The notes under the pieces: model-generated
Database searches by the model: none
Told to the model about the DNA's origin: nothing
The model's input: the letters and a program-made list of their open reading frames with translations, nothing else
Program-made: the position numbers and the translations under genes
Shown: in pieces, positions 1 through 11,489 of the stretch
Layout: every line of letters begins with the position of its first letter
Numbering within the stretch: the stretch's first letter is position 1
From: Camelus dromedarius
Lineage: Eukaryota
DNA: 64,000 nucleotides
Direction: 5' to 3'
NCBI RefSeq assembly: GCF_036321535.1
Contig: NC_087436.1
Location: 32,428,001-32,492,000, forward strand

Positions 1-108
1 AAAGCACCTCGGCGCCCACCCAGCAGCTGTTAGCTTCGCCCGATCCCCTTCCTGCCCACGTCGAGTCCCGCCACTTCCACTCCCACCTGCCCTACTGAGT
101 CTTTTCAC

Positions 109-138
109 CTCGATCTTCTCCCCGATGCAGGTCGCCAT
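109..138 (-). CDS. PLK4: Polo-like kinase 4, coding part of exon 1 (MATCIGEKIE); rest of gene lies beyond the left edge
   Basis: Minus strand ATG GCG ACC TGC ATC GGG GAG AAG ATC GAG|GTGAAA; peptide matches the recalled PLK4 N-terminus; GT donor at 108-107; downstream of and co-oriented with HSPA4L as in human. Confidence 0.96.
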
Positions 139-233
139 ATTTCCAGGCACCGGTCAGTGCTCCCCGGATTAGCTCCCTTCACACAGTCCTTTCGAGGCAG
201 CGCTCCAAGCAGCAAGCGAGTGTTGGCGCCCAT
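109..233 (-). other. PLK4 upstream ORF 2, out of frame and overlapping the main ATG (MGANTRLLLG...)
   Basis: ATG at 233 is 95 nt upstream of the main ATG; no stop before the exon 1 donor. Confidence 0.7.
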
Positions 234-246
234 CAGGCTTGACTGT

Positions 247-333
247 CTAGGCCGCCGCTCCCGGCGACAGCACAGCCACGCAAAGGTCTCCCGGGCACCT
301 TCCGAGGCCTGGGCGGCGCCTCCGCGCTTCCAT
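247..333 (-). other. PLK4 upstream ORF 1 (28 aa, MEARRRRPGLGRCPGDLCVAVLSPGAAA*)
   Basis: AAAATGG strong Kozak context at 333, TAG at 249-247; requires a TSS upstream of 333. Confidence 0.6.
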
Positions 334-334
334 T

Positions 335-350
335 TTGAAAAACTCCCGCC
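335..350 (-). promoter_or_regulatory. CDE/CHR-type cell-cycle element (DREAM/MuvB binding)
   Basis: Minus strand GGCGGG-AGTT-TTTCAA (CDE, 4-nt spacer, CHR-like); canonical TTTGAA overlaps on the plus strand at 334-339. Confidence 0.7.
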
Positions 351-376
351 GGTTGCCGTCCTAGCAAGGCTAGCGG

Positions 377-384
377 TGACGTAA
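377..384 (+). promoter_or_regulatory. CRE/ATF site
   Basis: TGACGTAA. Confidence 0.7.
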
Positions 385-418
385 TGAGACAGCTCGCTCC
401 GGAGAGGCTGCGCCCGGG

Positions 419-430
419 TGCGCATGCGTA
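419..430. promoter_or_regulatory. NRF1 site
   Basis: TGCGCATGCGTA, 11/12 match to TGCGCATGCGCA. Confidence 0.8.
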
Positions 431-480
431 CAGGCACTATCTGCGCCGCTTGCTCAAGTTTCCCCGCCTCCGGGCCAACG

Positions 481-490
481 ACCGGAAGTG
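481..490 (+). promoter_or_regulatory. ETS/GABPA site
   Basis: ACCGGAAGTG, full consensus. Confidence 0.75.
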
Positions 491-907
491 CTTCGGCGGT
501 CTACAGCTTGGCTGCAAGTGTTGGCGGTCCTGCCTTTTGCAGGCCTCAGCGGGATGATAAAAAAAGGTAACCTGAGAGATGATATATTTTCACCTGGTCA
601 GTTCCTCACTTTACAGTCTGAAAAGCTACTTCTTCCAATTCTGTAAAGGTTTTAAAGTGATTTTTAAACTCCAACTACTTAAACTTGACTGAACAGCACA
701 GAGAAAACAAAAAATTACCGTGGCTTGAACACTCCTTTATACCTGTGTGCTTACTCCAGTTTTTCCTAAGTGTAATTAATGTGTGCGGTGCTTTAAGAAA
801 ATGAACTCCATGATTTTGGTACATTTTCATTAAGTATAATGTTCTTTGTATAATAACTCACGTTTGAGAGATTTCACACACGTGATATATATGCTGAAAA
901 AAGACAT

Positions 908-1024
908 GGGGGGAGGGTATAGCTCGAGGTTAGAGTACGTGCTTAGCATGCGTCAGGTCCTGGGTTCAATCCCCTGTACCTGCATTAAATAAATAATAAT
1001 AATAATAAAGAAACAAACCTAATT
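908..1024 (+). mobile_element. tRNA-Ala-derived SINE (camelid Vic-1 type)
   Basis: GGGGGAGGGTATAGCTC...GCTTAGCATG...GGTTCAATCCC head with A/B boxes, (AAT)n tail, TSD AAAAAAGAC at 897-905 and 1025-1033. Confidence 0.85.
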
Positions 1025-1469
1025 AAAAAAGACTTATAAGGTTGGTATGATAGACTTTATACAGATAGAAGATTGTGATATTCAGTAAGAATATATAACA
1101 AACTGAGAGCCACTCCACAAAGTTAGGTCTATTTCTAAATGGAAAGCTCTTTTCATCTACATTAATGGTTATATCAAGTTCACCTAAGTTTGTCTACCTG
1201 CGAGCTGTATAAAAGCTCTGTTCATAGAAAAATCAACTTTTACCATTTCTGGAAATTCTTTAAAAGTTGTATGTTATAATGCTTGAGCAGCTGGTTCCAG
1301 AGTCCAGTCTTCCAATTAGACTTGCTTTTGCTGTTAAATTTCAGAAGTTCCTGTAATTCGCTGTCATTGTGGGTTGTTTTTTTTTTTTTTTAATTTCAGG
1401 GGAGTGTTTATTCTTTATTCTGTTAATACCAGGTATTGTATTGACTTTAAAAAAAATTATTCTAGAGCA

Positions 1470-3520
1470 GTTTTGTAGATGTTCTTAATCCAGTTAAGGA
1501 ACATCCCCTCTACTCGTAGCTTATTGAGAGTTTTTGTCATGAATGGTTGGATTTTGTCAAATAACATTCTCTTCATCTATTGATATAATCATGTAATTTT
1601 TCTTTCTTCGCCTGTTGATGTGATGGATTACATTAATTGATTTTTGAATGTTGAACCAGCTTTGCACACCTGAGATAGATCTCACTTGGTCATAGTGTAT
1701 AATTCTTTTAATATATTTTTTGATTCAATTTGCTGATATTTGTTGAGGATTTTTGCATGTGTGTTAATGAGATATTTGTCTGTAGTTTCTTTCCTTGTAA
1801 TGTCTTCCCCTGGTTTTGGTGTTACAGTAATGCCGACCCAAGAGAGAGAGTTAGGAAGTATTCCCTCTGCTTCTATCTTCTGAAGGAGATTGCAGAGAAT
1901 TTGTGTAATTTCTTCCTTAAAGTTTGATAGGATTCACCAGTGAACCCATCTGGGCCTGATGCTTTCTCTTTTGGAAGGTTATTCATTATTGATTCAATTT
2001 CTTTAATAGATATAGGCCTATTCAGATTGTCTGTTTCCTTTTGTGTGGGTTTTGGCAGATTGTGTGTTACAAGGAATTGGTCCATTTCATCTAGGTTATC
2101 ATATTTGTTGTACATCGTGTTCCTTTATTATCCTTTTCATGTCCATGGGATCTGTAGTGATGTTCCTTCTATCATTTCTAATGTTAGTAATCTGTAACTT
2201 CTCTCCTTTTTCTTAGTTAGCCCAGCTAGCATCTTATGAATTTCACTGATCATTTTAAAGAACCAGCTTTTGGTTTTATTGATTTTCTCTATTGATTTAC
2301 TGTTTTCAACTTCATTGATTTCTCTAATTCTTATTGGTTCTTTTCTTCTGCTTACTTTTAATTTAAATGCTCCTTTTTTTCTAATTTCCTCAGGTGGAAG
2401 CTTAGATGATTGATTTTAAATCATTCTTTTATTCTAATATATACATTCAATGGTATGTTTCACTGCATCCCACACATTTTGATAAGTTGTGTTTTCGTTT
2501 TCATTTAGTTCAAAATATTTTTGAATTTCTCATGAAATTTCTTTGAACCATATGTTACTTATAAGTGCATTGATTAATCATGTGTTTTGGAGTTTTCCAG
2601 TTATTATTTTGTTGTTAATTTAAAGTTAATTCCACTTTAGTCTGAGAGCAGGCATTGCATGATTTCTATTCTTTTACATTTGTTAAGGTTTGTCCAATGG
2701 CTCAGGGTCTATCTGGTTGAATGTTCTATGTGAGCTTGAGAAAAACATGTCTTCTGTTGTTGGATGAAGTAGTCTAGAGACATCAATTCTATCCGGTTGA
2801 TTGATGGTATTGTTAAGTTCAGCTTTGTCCTTACTGATTTTCTGCCTGCTAGGTATGTTCATTTCTGAGAGTGGTGTTTGAAGTCTCCAACTATAATAGT
2901 AGATTCATCTATTTCTCCTTGCTCTTCTGTCAGTTTTTGTCTCACTCTGTTTATGCTTTATTGGTAAGTGCATATACATTAAAATTTATCATGTCTTCTT
3001 GGAGTATTGACCTTTTTATCATTACGTAATGCCCTTCTTTATCCCTGATAACTTCCCTTGCCTTGAAGTCTGTTCTGTTGGAAATTGCTGTAACTTCTCC
3101 TTTCTTTTGACTAGCATTGATATATTTCTCCCCATCCATTTACTTTTAATCTATCTGAGTCTTTATACTTAAAACGGGTTTCTTATATCTAAGTTTAGAC
3201 AGTTGGGTTTCCAGTCTGAGAATCACTTGTCTTTTAATTGATGCATTTCAACCATTGGGGTTCAAAGTAATTACTGATACATTTGGATTAATATTTAGCA
3301 TATTTTTTGCCTTTGTTCTTTGTTTCTACTTTTGTCTTCCACTCTTTTTCTGGCTTTTTGGTTTTAATTGAGCATTTTATTTGATTCCCTTTTTCTCTCC
3401 TTTCTTAGCATATCAGTTATACTTCTATTTTTTTTCCTTTGTTTAAGTGATTTCCCTTGAGTTTGCAATATACATTGACAACCAATTTCAGTCCACTTTC
3501 ATATAACTCTATACCATTTT
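1470..3520 (-). mobile_element. Old LINE-1 fragment, ORF2 endonuclease/RT region, degenerate
   Basis: Minus-strand peptides LDEMDQFL...NLPKEKASGPDGFTGESYQTL and DKEGHYVMIK are L1 ORF2 motifs; many stops and frameshifts. Confidence 0.92.
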
Positions 3521-3522
3521 GC

Positions 3523-3770
3523 TGTAGACTGAGTATTTGTGTCCCTCCAAATTCATATGTTAAAACCTTATCTCTAGTGTGATGGTATTTGGAGGTAGCA
3601 CATTTGTGTGATGATTATTATATTATGAAGATAGAGACCTCATGAATGAGACTAGTTCCTTTATAAAAGTGAACCCAAAGAGTTCCCTTACTTCTTTCAC
3701 CACGTGAGGACACAGTGAAAAGACAACAAGTTGTGAATCAGAAAGCAGGATCTCACCAGGCACCAAATCT
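3523..3770 (+). mobile_element. MaLR LTR fragment (MLT1-like)
   Basis: TGTGTCCCTCCAAATTCATATGTTAAAACC...GTGATGGTATTTGGAGGT...GAGGACACAGTGAAAAG resembles MLT1A-type consensus. Confidence 0.75.
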
Positions 3771-3879
3771 TATGAAGAACTTTTTAACACTTTTCACAAG
3801 GCATTTTTTTCAAACTTTATTTTGAATGATTTTAAACTTAGAGAAAAGTTACAAAATAATAGAAAACTTTCTCTACCTG

Positions 3880-4042
3880 TGATCTCACTGTGTAGCCCCT
3901 GGTGTGCTGTGTACCCTCCAAGACCTGTGGGTAATAAACCTTGTTGTTGTTGCTTTTTCCAAAGTTTCCTGATGGTTATTGCTTAAGGCAATGATCATGA
4001 TCTTGCAATTTAAGAACCGCAATGGCTGATCCAGTCACAACA
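3880..4042 (+). mobile_element. Probable ERV LTR 3' fragment
   Basis: AATAAA near 3933 followed by U5-like sequence ending ...CACAACA; family not identified. Confidence 0.35.
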
Positions 4043-4804
4043 GTGGTTCTGAAAGGAGAAAAGCCTGTGTATGGAGCTTACTGCAGGCCCTGTGAGTGCC
4101 CCCAGGCATTTTTAGCACATAGCATCGTTATTGATAGGCTGATACTGGTACAAAGTACACATATGTTTTATATCACATTACTAACAAACAACCAAGAAGC
4201 ATACAAAAACACTCATTGCTGCTCCTCAGATGCAGACATCTTCAATTCATTTAACACTTTATTTTTGTATATTCTGCCATATTACTAAATAACATGCTTA
4301 TGTTCTTTGTTCATTTTTCAGTTTTAGATTTAAATCTATTAAGTTTCTGTTGTGGATGAGGAATTATGTATTTAGTTGTTTTAATTTCACCCCTCTCTGT
4401 CCTCATTTCATCTGATCTCATCCTCCAAATGTAGTTACCGCATAATTTTTATCTCAATATTCAGTTTATATTACAATTATGTAAATATTACTCACTTCTA
4501 GCTGAGACATAGAATTCTTTTTCCTTTTTATATATACATAACTTTGGGCTTTCCCTACAGTTTAAAAAAATACAAAGCAATGCTTGTACTTTGAACAATT
4601 TTTAAAGAATAATGATGTATAGTTCTGAGGAAGCTATGTTAAGAACATTTCTGCCTAAACTTATACAGTGTTGTAAGTCACTTAATTCTTAATAAAACTG
4701 AGAAAAAAAGAATATTTCATCTCATATCATTGCTTAGGACAGTTGATTTCCCTCTAAGGTAACTTGAGGCAAGAGGTAAGACTGCTTTATTAAGATATTA
4801 CAGT

Positions 4805-7800
4805 GAGGTTGTTTGAAATTTTTCTTGTTTCTTGAGGTATGTTTCTATTTGTATAAACTTCCTGGTTTTGCTGTATCCCATTGGTTTTGGATCATTGGTT
4901 TGCATTTTAATTTGTCTCCAGGTTTTTTTCTTTTTCATTTCTTTCTTGATTTCTTCACTAATGTATTGTTTATTTAGTAGCATATTGTTTAGCCTCCACA
5001 TGTTTGTGTTTTTTGCAGTTTTTTTCTTGGAGTTGATTTCTAGTTTTATGTGTTATGGTCAAAAAAGTTGTTTCATACGATTTCCATTTTCTCAAATTTA
5101 CTGCATCTTGTTTTGTGGCCTAGCATATGATGTATCCTAGAGAATGTTCCATTTGCACTTGAGAAGAATGTGTATTCTGCTGCTTTTGGATGGAATGCTC
5201 TCTTTATATCTGTCTTTTAAGTTTATCTTGTCTAATGTGTCAGTTGAGGCCATTAGTTTCTTTATTGATTTTCTGTCTGTATGATATGTCCATTGATGTA
5301 AAGTGTGGTATTAAAAAGTCTGTTACTATTGTGTTACTGTCAGTTTCTCTCTTTATGTCTGTTAATATTTGCTTTATGTATTTAGATGGTCCCGTGTTGT
5401 GTTCATATATGTTTCAAATTGATACATCTTCTTGGATTGATCTGATCTATATACTTCTTTGTCTCTTGGTACGGTCTTTGTTTTAAATTCTATTTTGTCT
5501 AATATAAGTATTGCTACCTCAGCTCTTTTTGTTTCCATTTGCATGGAATACCTTTTTCCATCTCCTGGCTTTGATGTGTGTGTGACTTCAGATTTGAATT
5601 GACTCTCTTTTAGGGACCATATATATAAGTCTCTTTTAGGGACCATATATATAAGTCAGCCACTGTATGCTTTTTGATTGGAGTATTTAGTCCATTTACA
5701 TTTAAAGAAATTATTGATACGTATGTACTTATTGCCATTTCATTCATTGTTTTGAGGTTGTTTTTATAGTTCTTTTTTGTTCTTCTTTCATTCTCTTTCC
5801 TTGTGATTTGAGGACTATAGTGTTAATTTTGGATTATTTTCTCTCTTTTAATGTGTATGTCTATTTTTTGGAGGGGGGTTTGTGGCTACCATGAGGCATA
5901 TAGCCATAGCAAAGTATATATATGTTACCTATATGTATACACATGTGTACATTTATATATGTGTATATGTATATATATACACACACAGTTGTTCTAAGTT
6001 GCTAGTCCCTGAAGTGTGAATGGATCTTAACAGCTGCATTTTTGTTACCTTTCCTGTTCACTGTTTTTGAAATCACATTTTATGTCTTTTTGTTTTGTGT
6101 ATTTCTTAACTGCTTATTGTGTGTATAGATGATCTTACTGTCTTTTAAACTTGCCGGTAGCTTTATAAGAGGTTGATCTGCTACCTTTCGTTTATATTTA
6201 CCTTTACCAATCAGATTTTTTTCCTTTCATAGTTTTCATATTTCTAGTTTTGGCCTTTTTTGTTTTGCTTAGAGAAATCCCTTGAACATTTCTTGTAAAG
6301 CTTGTTTGGTGGTACTGAACTCCTTTAGATTTTTCTTATCTGTAAAACTTTTTATCTCCTTTTCAAATCTGAATGATAGCCCTACCTAGAGTGTTCTAGG
6401 TTCTAGGTTTTCCCCTTTCATTGTTTCAGATATACTGTGCCACTTCTTTTCTGGCCTTTAGAGTTTCCGCTGAAAAGTCATCTGATAGCCTTATGGGAGA
6501 TCCCTTGTATATCCCTTGTGGTCCTCTTTTGGTTGATCCTGTTTCTGACTCTATACTTTCTGTATCTCGATGCCTTTTTTCTCTCCAGATTTCAGAAGTT
6601 TTCAATTCTTATGTTTTCAAATATATCCTTTGCTCCTTCTGTCTCTGTTCTTATTCTGGGACTCCAATAATGTGAATATTATTATACTTGTTGTCACAGA
6701 GGTCCCTTAAACTATCCCCTTTAAAAAAAAATTCCTTTTTCTTCTTTCTGTTCAACTTGAGTGGTTTCCACTACTCTGTCTTCCAGTTTGCTGATCCATT
6801 CCCCTGTGTCATTTAATCTACTGTTGATTCATTCTGTGTATGTTTAATTCCAGTCATTTTATTCCTCAGCTCTGTTTCCTTGTTTTTAATTTTCTAAGTC
6901 TGTGTTAGAAACTTCTAACTTCTCACTGTGTTCATCCATTCATCTCCCAAGTTTTTTTGAGAATCTTTTAATCATTACCTTGAATTCTTTATTGATTAGA
7001 TTACTTATTTCTTCGTCTGAGGTTATTTCTTCTTCACTTATTTCTTCTCTGAGGTTTTACCTTATTTCTTTGTTGGGAACATAGTCCTCTGTTGCCTCAT
7101 TTTGCCTAATTCTCTGTTTTTATTTCTAGGTGTTTGTTGGTTATTTATGTTTCCTGATCTTGGAGGAGTAGCCTTATGAAGGAGACATTTTATGGGGCCA
7201 GGCAGTGCACTTACCTCTGCATGCTCTGTAGGTGCCCTTTATGTGGGCTGTGTGGGCCATTCTGCTGTGGCTGGCTGTGTTCTCTGTGGGCACTGGTCGG
7301 CATGGCTGGCCCCAGGACAGGCTAATTGCCAGCCCCTACCTTGGGCAGAGGCTGCCAGCTACTGGTGGGCAGGGCTCAGTCCAGGCATGGCTGGCTCCAG
7401 TGTTCTGGAGCTAGTGTTGGCCTTGTGGTGTGTGGGGCTGTGGCCCAGGGAAATCCTGGGAGTGGTGTTGGCTTGCTCATATGTGAGACCAGATCCCAGG
7501 GCTGCTGGCTAAGACACCCAAGTTTTCCCAGAGTTGGCACAGGCCTTCTGGTGGGTGGGCTGGGTCTTAATGTGGCTGGCTCTGTGGGACCATGGTGGTG
7601 TCATGGCTACTGTCCACCCACTGATGGGCAGGGCCAGGGCCCAGTATCTTTGCTGCAGTGCCCTGGTAGTCCCGGAACTGGAGTTGGTCCATTGGTGAGC
7701 AGGGTTGGGGTCAGGCAGTATCAGGCCTTGTGCTAACTAGTGGCTATTTGGGCTGGGTCCTGGGCCCTCTGGTGGTCTGGGCTGTATTCCTGCCCACCTA

Positions 7801-8480
7801 GCTTCTTGGCTTGGGTTATCCCAGGACTAGTGCCAACTGGCTAGTGGGCAGGGCTGAGTTCGGTCACTAATAAACTAGGGAAGGATTCAAAAATGGTGCT
7901 TGACTTCACCAGTGTCCTTGTCATAGGATGAGTTCCCCAGAGTGGCTGCTTCCTCCTGTGTTCTCAGGGTGAGTCCCAATGCCTTCTGTCTCTCCAGGAG
8001 GCCAAGATCTTCAAGTGGGCCTGACCCAGTCTCCTTTCAAATTACTGCTTCTTTTCTGCATCTTGGAGCATGTTAGATTTTGGGTATACCTTTTAAGAGT
8101 GGAGACTATTTCCCACAGCCCTCTGGCTCTACTAAAAGTGGGCCCCACTGGCCTTCAAAGCTAAGTGTTCTGAAAGATCATCTTCCAGTGCAAGTCCCCC
8201 GGGCTACAGAGCCCACAGTGGGCTTGTTACCCTTTGCTTCTTGGTGAGGACCTCTGCAATTGTACTTATTCTCCCATTGTGGATCTTAAATATATCACAT
8301 TTCTGCCCCTCCTATCTGTCTCATTGTGGTTCCTTCTTTGTATCTTTACTTGTAGAATGTCTTTTATGCTAGGCTTTAGGTCATTCTCATCACTGGTTGC
8401 TCTATAAATGGTTGTAATTTTAGTGTGCCTGTGGGAGGAGGTGAGCTCAGTGTCTTCCTATTCCACTGTCTTGGCCTCAG
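4805..8480 (-). mobile_element. 5' half of a LINE-1 (GC-rich 5'UTR about 7190-8480, ORF1, start of ORF2), degenerate
   Basis: Peptides WRLNNMLLNKQYISEEIKKE and KRAEVAILILDKIEFKTK; 5' end CAAGACAGTGGAATAGGAAGACACTGAGCTCACCTCCTCCCAC resembles the L1 start. Confidence 0.88.
5604..5655. repeat. Perfect 26-bp tandem duplication inside L1
   Basis: TCTCTTTTAGGGACCATATATATAAG x2. Confidence 0.95.
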
Positions 8481-8843
8481 TCACCTGTGTCTCAAAATTT
8501 CCATTTCTTTTTTGGTCAGTGTTAGTAGTTCATGTTTTGCCTGAATTCCTTTTCTTTAGATTTTCAAATTTGCAATTACTGATTAGAACAATTTGTCTTT
8601 TAAAATTTCTCTTAAATCTGTATTTGTCTCCTTTTTCATTTCTTGTTTTGTCTACTAAGGAGTGTATTTATTTTATTAGTTTATGTAATAAAGCTTTAAA
8701 TTTATCTTTGCTATTGTTATTAAGTTCAGTTTTACCTTTTTTAGTTTTTTATCTTCCTGATTCATTTTTTTCTATTTTTAATGATGAGTGCTTATGCCTT
8801 TTTTCATTTTTTTCCCTCTAAAAACAAAATTGTTTAAGGCTAT

Positions 8844-9775
8844 TGTGAGATAATAGAAAAAGATATATGTATATATTAGTCTCTGCCCCTGGTTCCTGGC
8901 ACAGAGTTCCTCAAACCCTTTTAATTTCCTATGTTACAAGAGCATCTCTCGTTCTAATATTTGCTTTTTACCCCATCCTGCCACAAGGCTCCTAAAACCC
9001 TTGTAAGTTCCTATATGATAAAAGCACGAGGAGCATTATGTGTTTTACTGAGGTGACTCTGGTTGGGCTTCTGGATGGCTCCTGGCTGTGGGCTGGTCAA
9101 CAGAAAGACCCAGCCATGATTAGAAGCTCGGAACTTTCAGTCCCACTCCCCCTTCCTCAAGAGAGAGGAGAGGCGCTGGAAATGGGGTTAATAGTTGATC
9201 ATGACTACGTGAGGAAGCCTCTATAAAATCCCAGTTATAGGGGCTCTGGAGAACTTTTGTGTTGGTGAAAGCATCCACATGAGGAGAGTACTGCACCCAG
9301 CTCCACTGGGACAAAAGTTCCTGTGCTCTGGACCCTCCCAGGCTTTGCCCTATTTATCTCATCTGGCTGTTCATCTACATCTTTTATCATATCATTTAAT
9401 AGACTGATAAACACATGTAAGTGTTTCCATGAGTTCAGTGAACCATTCTAGCAAATTAATCATGGGAACCTCCAAATTGTAACTAGGTCAGACAGAAGTT
9501 GTTGGTAACCTGGGGACCTGTGACTTGCGATTGGCATCTGAAGTGGGGAGTAGCCCTGTGAGAGTAAGCCCTTAACCTGTGGAATCTGACTCTGTGTCCA
9601 AGTATGTAGTCTCAGAGTTGAGTTAAATGGTAGGACATCCAGCTGTTGTGGAGAATTGCTTGTTTGTGGGGGAAATCCCTATACATTTGATATCAGAACT
9701 GTTGTGAGTGTGAGAATAAAGGAGACACAAAGGAAAGAAAGACATAGGAGGAAAAACTGAGGTTTTAACAATACA
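8844..9775 (+). mobile_element. Solo LTR, MER21-like
   Basis: TG...CA ends; GGCTGGTCAACAGAAAGACCCAGCCATGATTAGA...TTTCAGTCCCAC matches recalled MER21 family; splits an older L1 phrase (AAGGCTAT / GAATTTTCCTC). Confidence 0.8.
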
Positions 9776-11489
9776 GGTGTGAATTTTCCTCAGTACTGTT
9801 TTCATTTACCCTGTTGGTCTTTGTATGATGTATTCTCCTTTTCATTGGTTTCTGGACAGTAATTTCCTATATATTTTCTTCTCTGGTACATACATATTCT
9901 GCTTTCATTCTGAATTTCCAAATTTTGAGATTATTTATTGGCTTATGATTAGAGGATGTGGCCCAAAATTTTCTTCTCTTGGCCATATATATACATACAT
10001 ATATATAATCATTTTTTGGTAAACATTCCATGAACATGTGGAAGTAGATCTAAATTCTGTTTGAGGGATGGAATAATTGAATCACGTTAACAGTGCTGTT
10101 CTTCTATGTCCTTACTACGTCTAATTTTGCCCATGCCATATACGTTCTCACTTCCTTATTAATGGATTTTCAATTTTGTTGGAGATAGCAAGGTACAATC
10201 TGCAAAACTAAATTTCCTAGGTTACCAAGGTGATGGAGTATCCTTAAAATTAAGTTCTGGTGAATGGCATTTTGGTGAAAATTGCTGAGTGTGGGTTCCA
10301 GAAAAGGTTCCATTTTTTTTTTTTCATTTAATTTGCCAAATGGGTAGACCTCATTTGCCCTTCCCCTTTTGTCCTTTTTTTCTGTCTGGAATGTGGATAT
10401 AATACTTTAATTAAAAAAAAAATCGAAATACCAGGTCAGTGAAAATCAAAAAAGAGGAAAGTGAAGAATTAACTGTTAAGCTGTCATGTGTCAGTGTGGT
10501 CAATTAGGACAATGAGCCAAACTAAAAGTAATAATATTTTATTCATTTTTTGTGCTACTATACACGAGAGGTAAAGAAAAAAAAAGTGCTAGCTTCTCAG
10601 TGTTCTGTTTTTTCTCCATGGAATGGCAGTGGGCGTGGGTCATCAGATGACAGGCAGTGCAGACAGGTGGAAATGTCTTACTGTTTAAGAGCACCGATCA
10701 AAAGGCTACTATCATTTATGGACTTGGGGTTTGGGAGGAGGAAAAGGCATGATGGCTAGAAGTGGAAAAGTTCTCTGTCAGAGGAGAAAGTGTCTTAGTC
10801 AAGGTTCCCTGATAAAGAAGTCTTGATGGAGGTTCCTCTATAAAGGGGCCTCTGAATGGAGGTGATTGGGCTAGAAATGATGATGGCCTAGGGTGGGAAT
10901 GGGTATCAGAGGCCTTGATTGCAACTCCCCTAGAGAATGCAGTGATCTGGCTGTGCTCCAAGTCTGATGGGGGGAACGCAGTTTGGCCCCATGAGGCTGT
11001 CTAGGCAAAACCTATGTAATTGCCTGTTGAACCTGAGGGGTCACACATAGGATTTTAACTTGGAACCAGATTCTTCATTATCAGATAAGAGGAATTTAAT
11101 GTTAAAAGGAATAATGGGCATAAAGAAGGATCTATAGGATATGTCACAGGTGATGAAAAAGATGTTATAGACCCCTATGTATCAAAAAATAAATACGCAA
11201 ATGTATTAGACATCTAGGAAGTTGATTTTAGACATGTGCATCTGTATGTCTGTGTCTGTATGTAAGTTCACTTAGCAGCTGTCTAATATAAACTTAGATG
11301 CATTTTATTTTTGTTACTGCCAAGGAAGAAGAGCATCTGAGACAAAATAAGATTCTCAACTTAGAATCTAGTTTAGTTATGTATTTTTTAATAATACTAA
11401 TTCCTGTTTTCACACATCATAACTCATATAATGATCAAGATAGTGTTGTTTAATACATTTAATATTTAGATTTACCCATATATTTATGT

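Larger units (their letters stand above)
1..560. promoter_or_regulatory. PLK4: CpG island / PLK4 promoter and 5'UTR
   Basis: GC- and CpG-rich segment in an otherwise CpG-depleted window; contains the PLK4 start codon. Confidence 0.92.

Noticed and set aside
105..437. 110-aa minus ORF and 75-aa plus ORF (157..384) in the CpG island
   Set aside because: GC-rich stop-poor promoter/UTR sequence; only the part from ATG 233 is meaningful (uORF2), and the real PLK4 frame is different
908..985. tRNA-Ala gene
   Set aside because: Mismatched stems, A-rich tail and TSD mark it as a SINE; the same applies to the copy at 39827
7192..8164. Cluster of plus-strand ORFs up to 136 aa
   Set aside because: Antisense reading of the GC-rich L1 5'UTR; no recognisable protein
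10170..11100. Possible old ERVL/LTR-derived segment and ORFs 10550..10961
   Set aside because: Only vague resemblance; I could not assign a family or support coding potential
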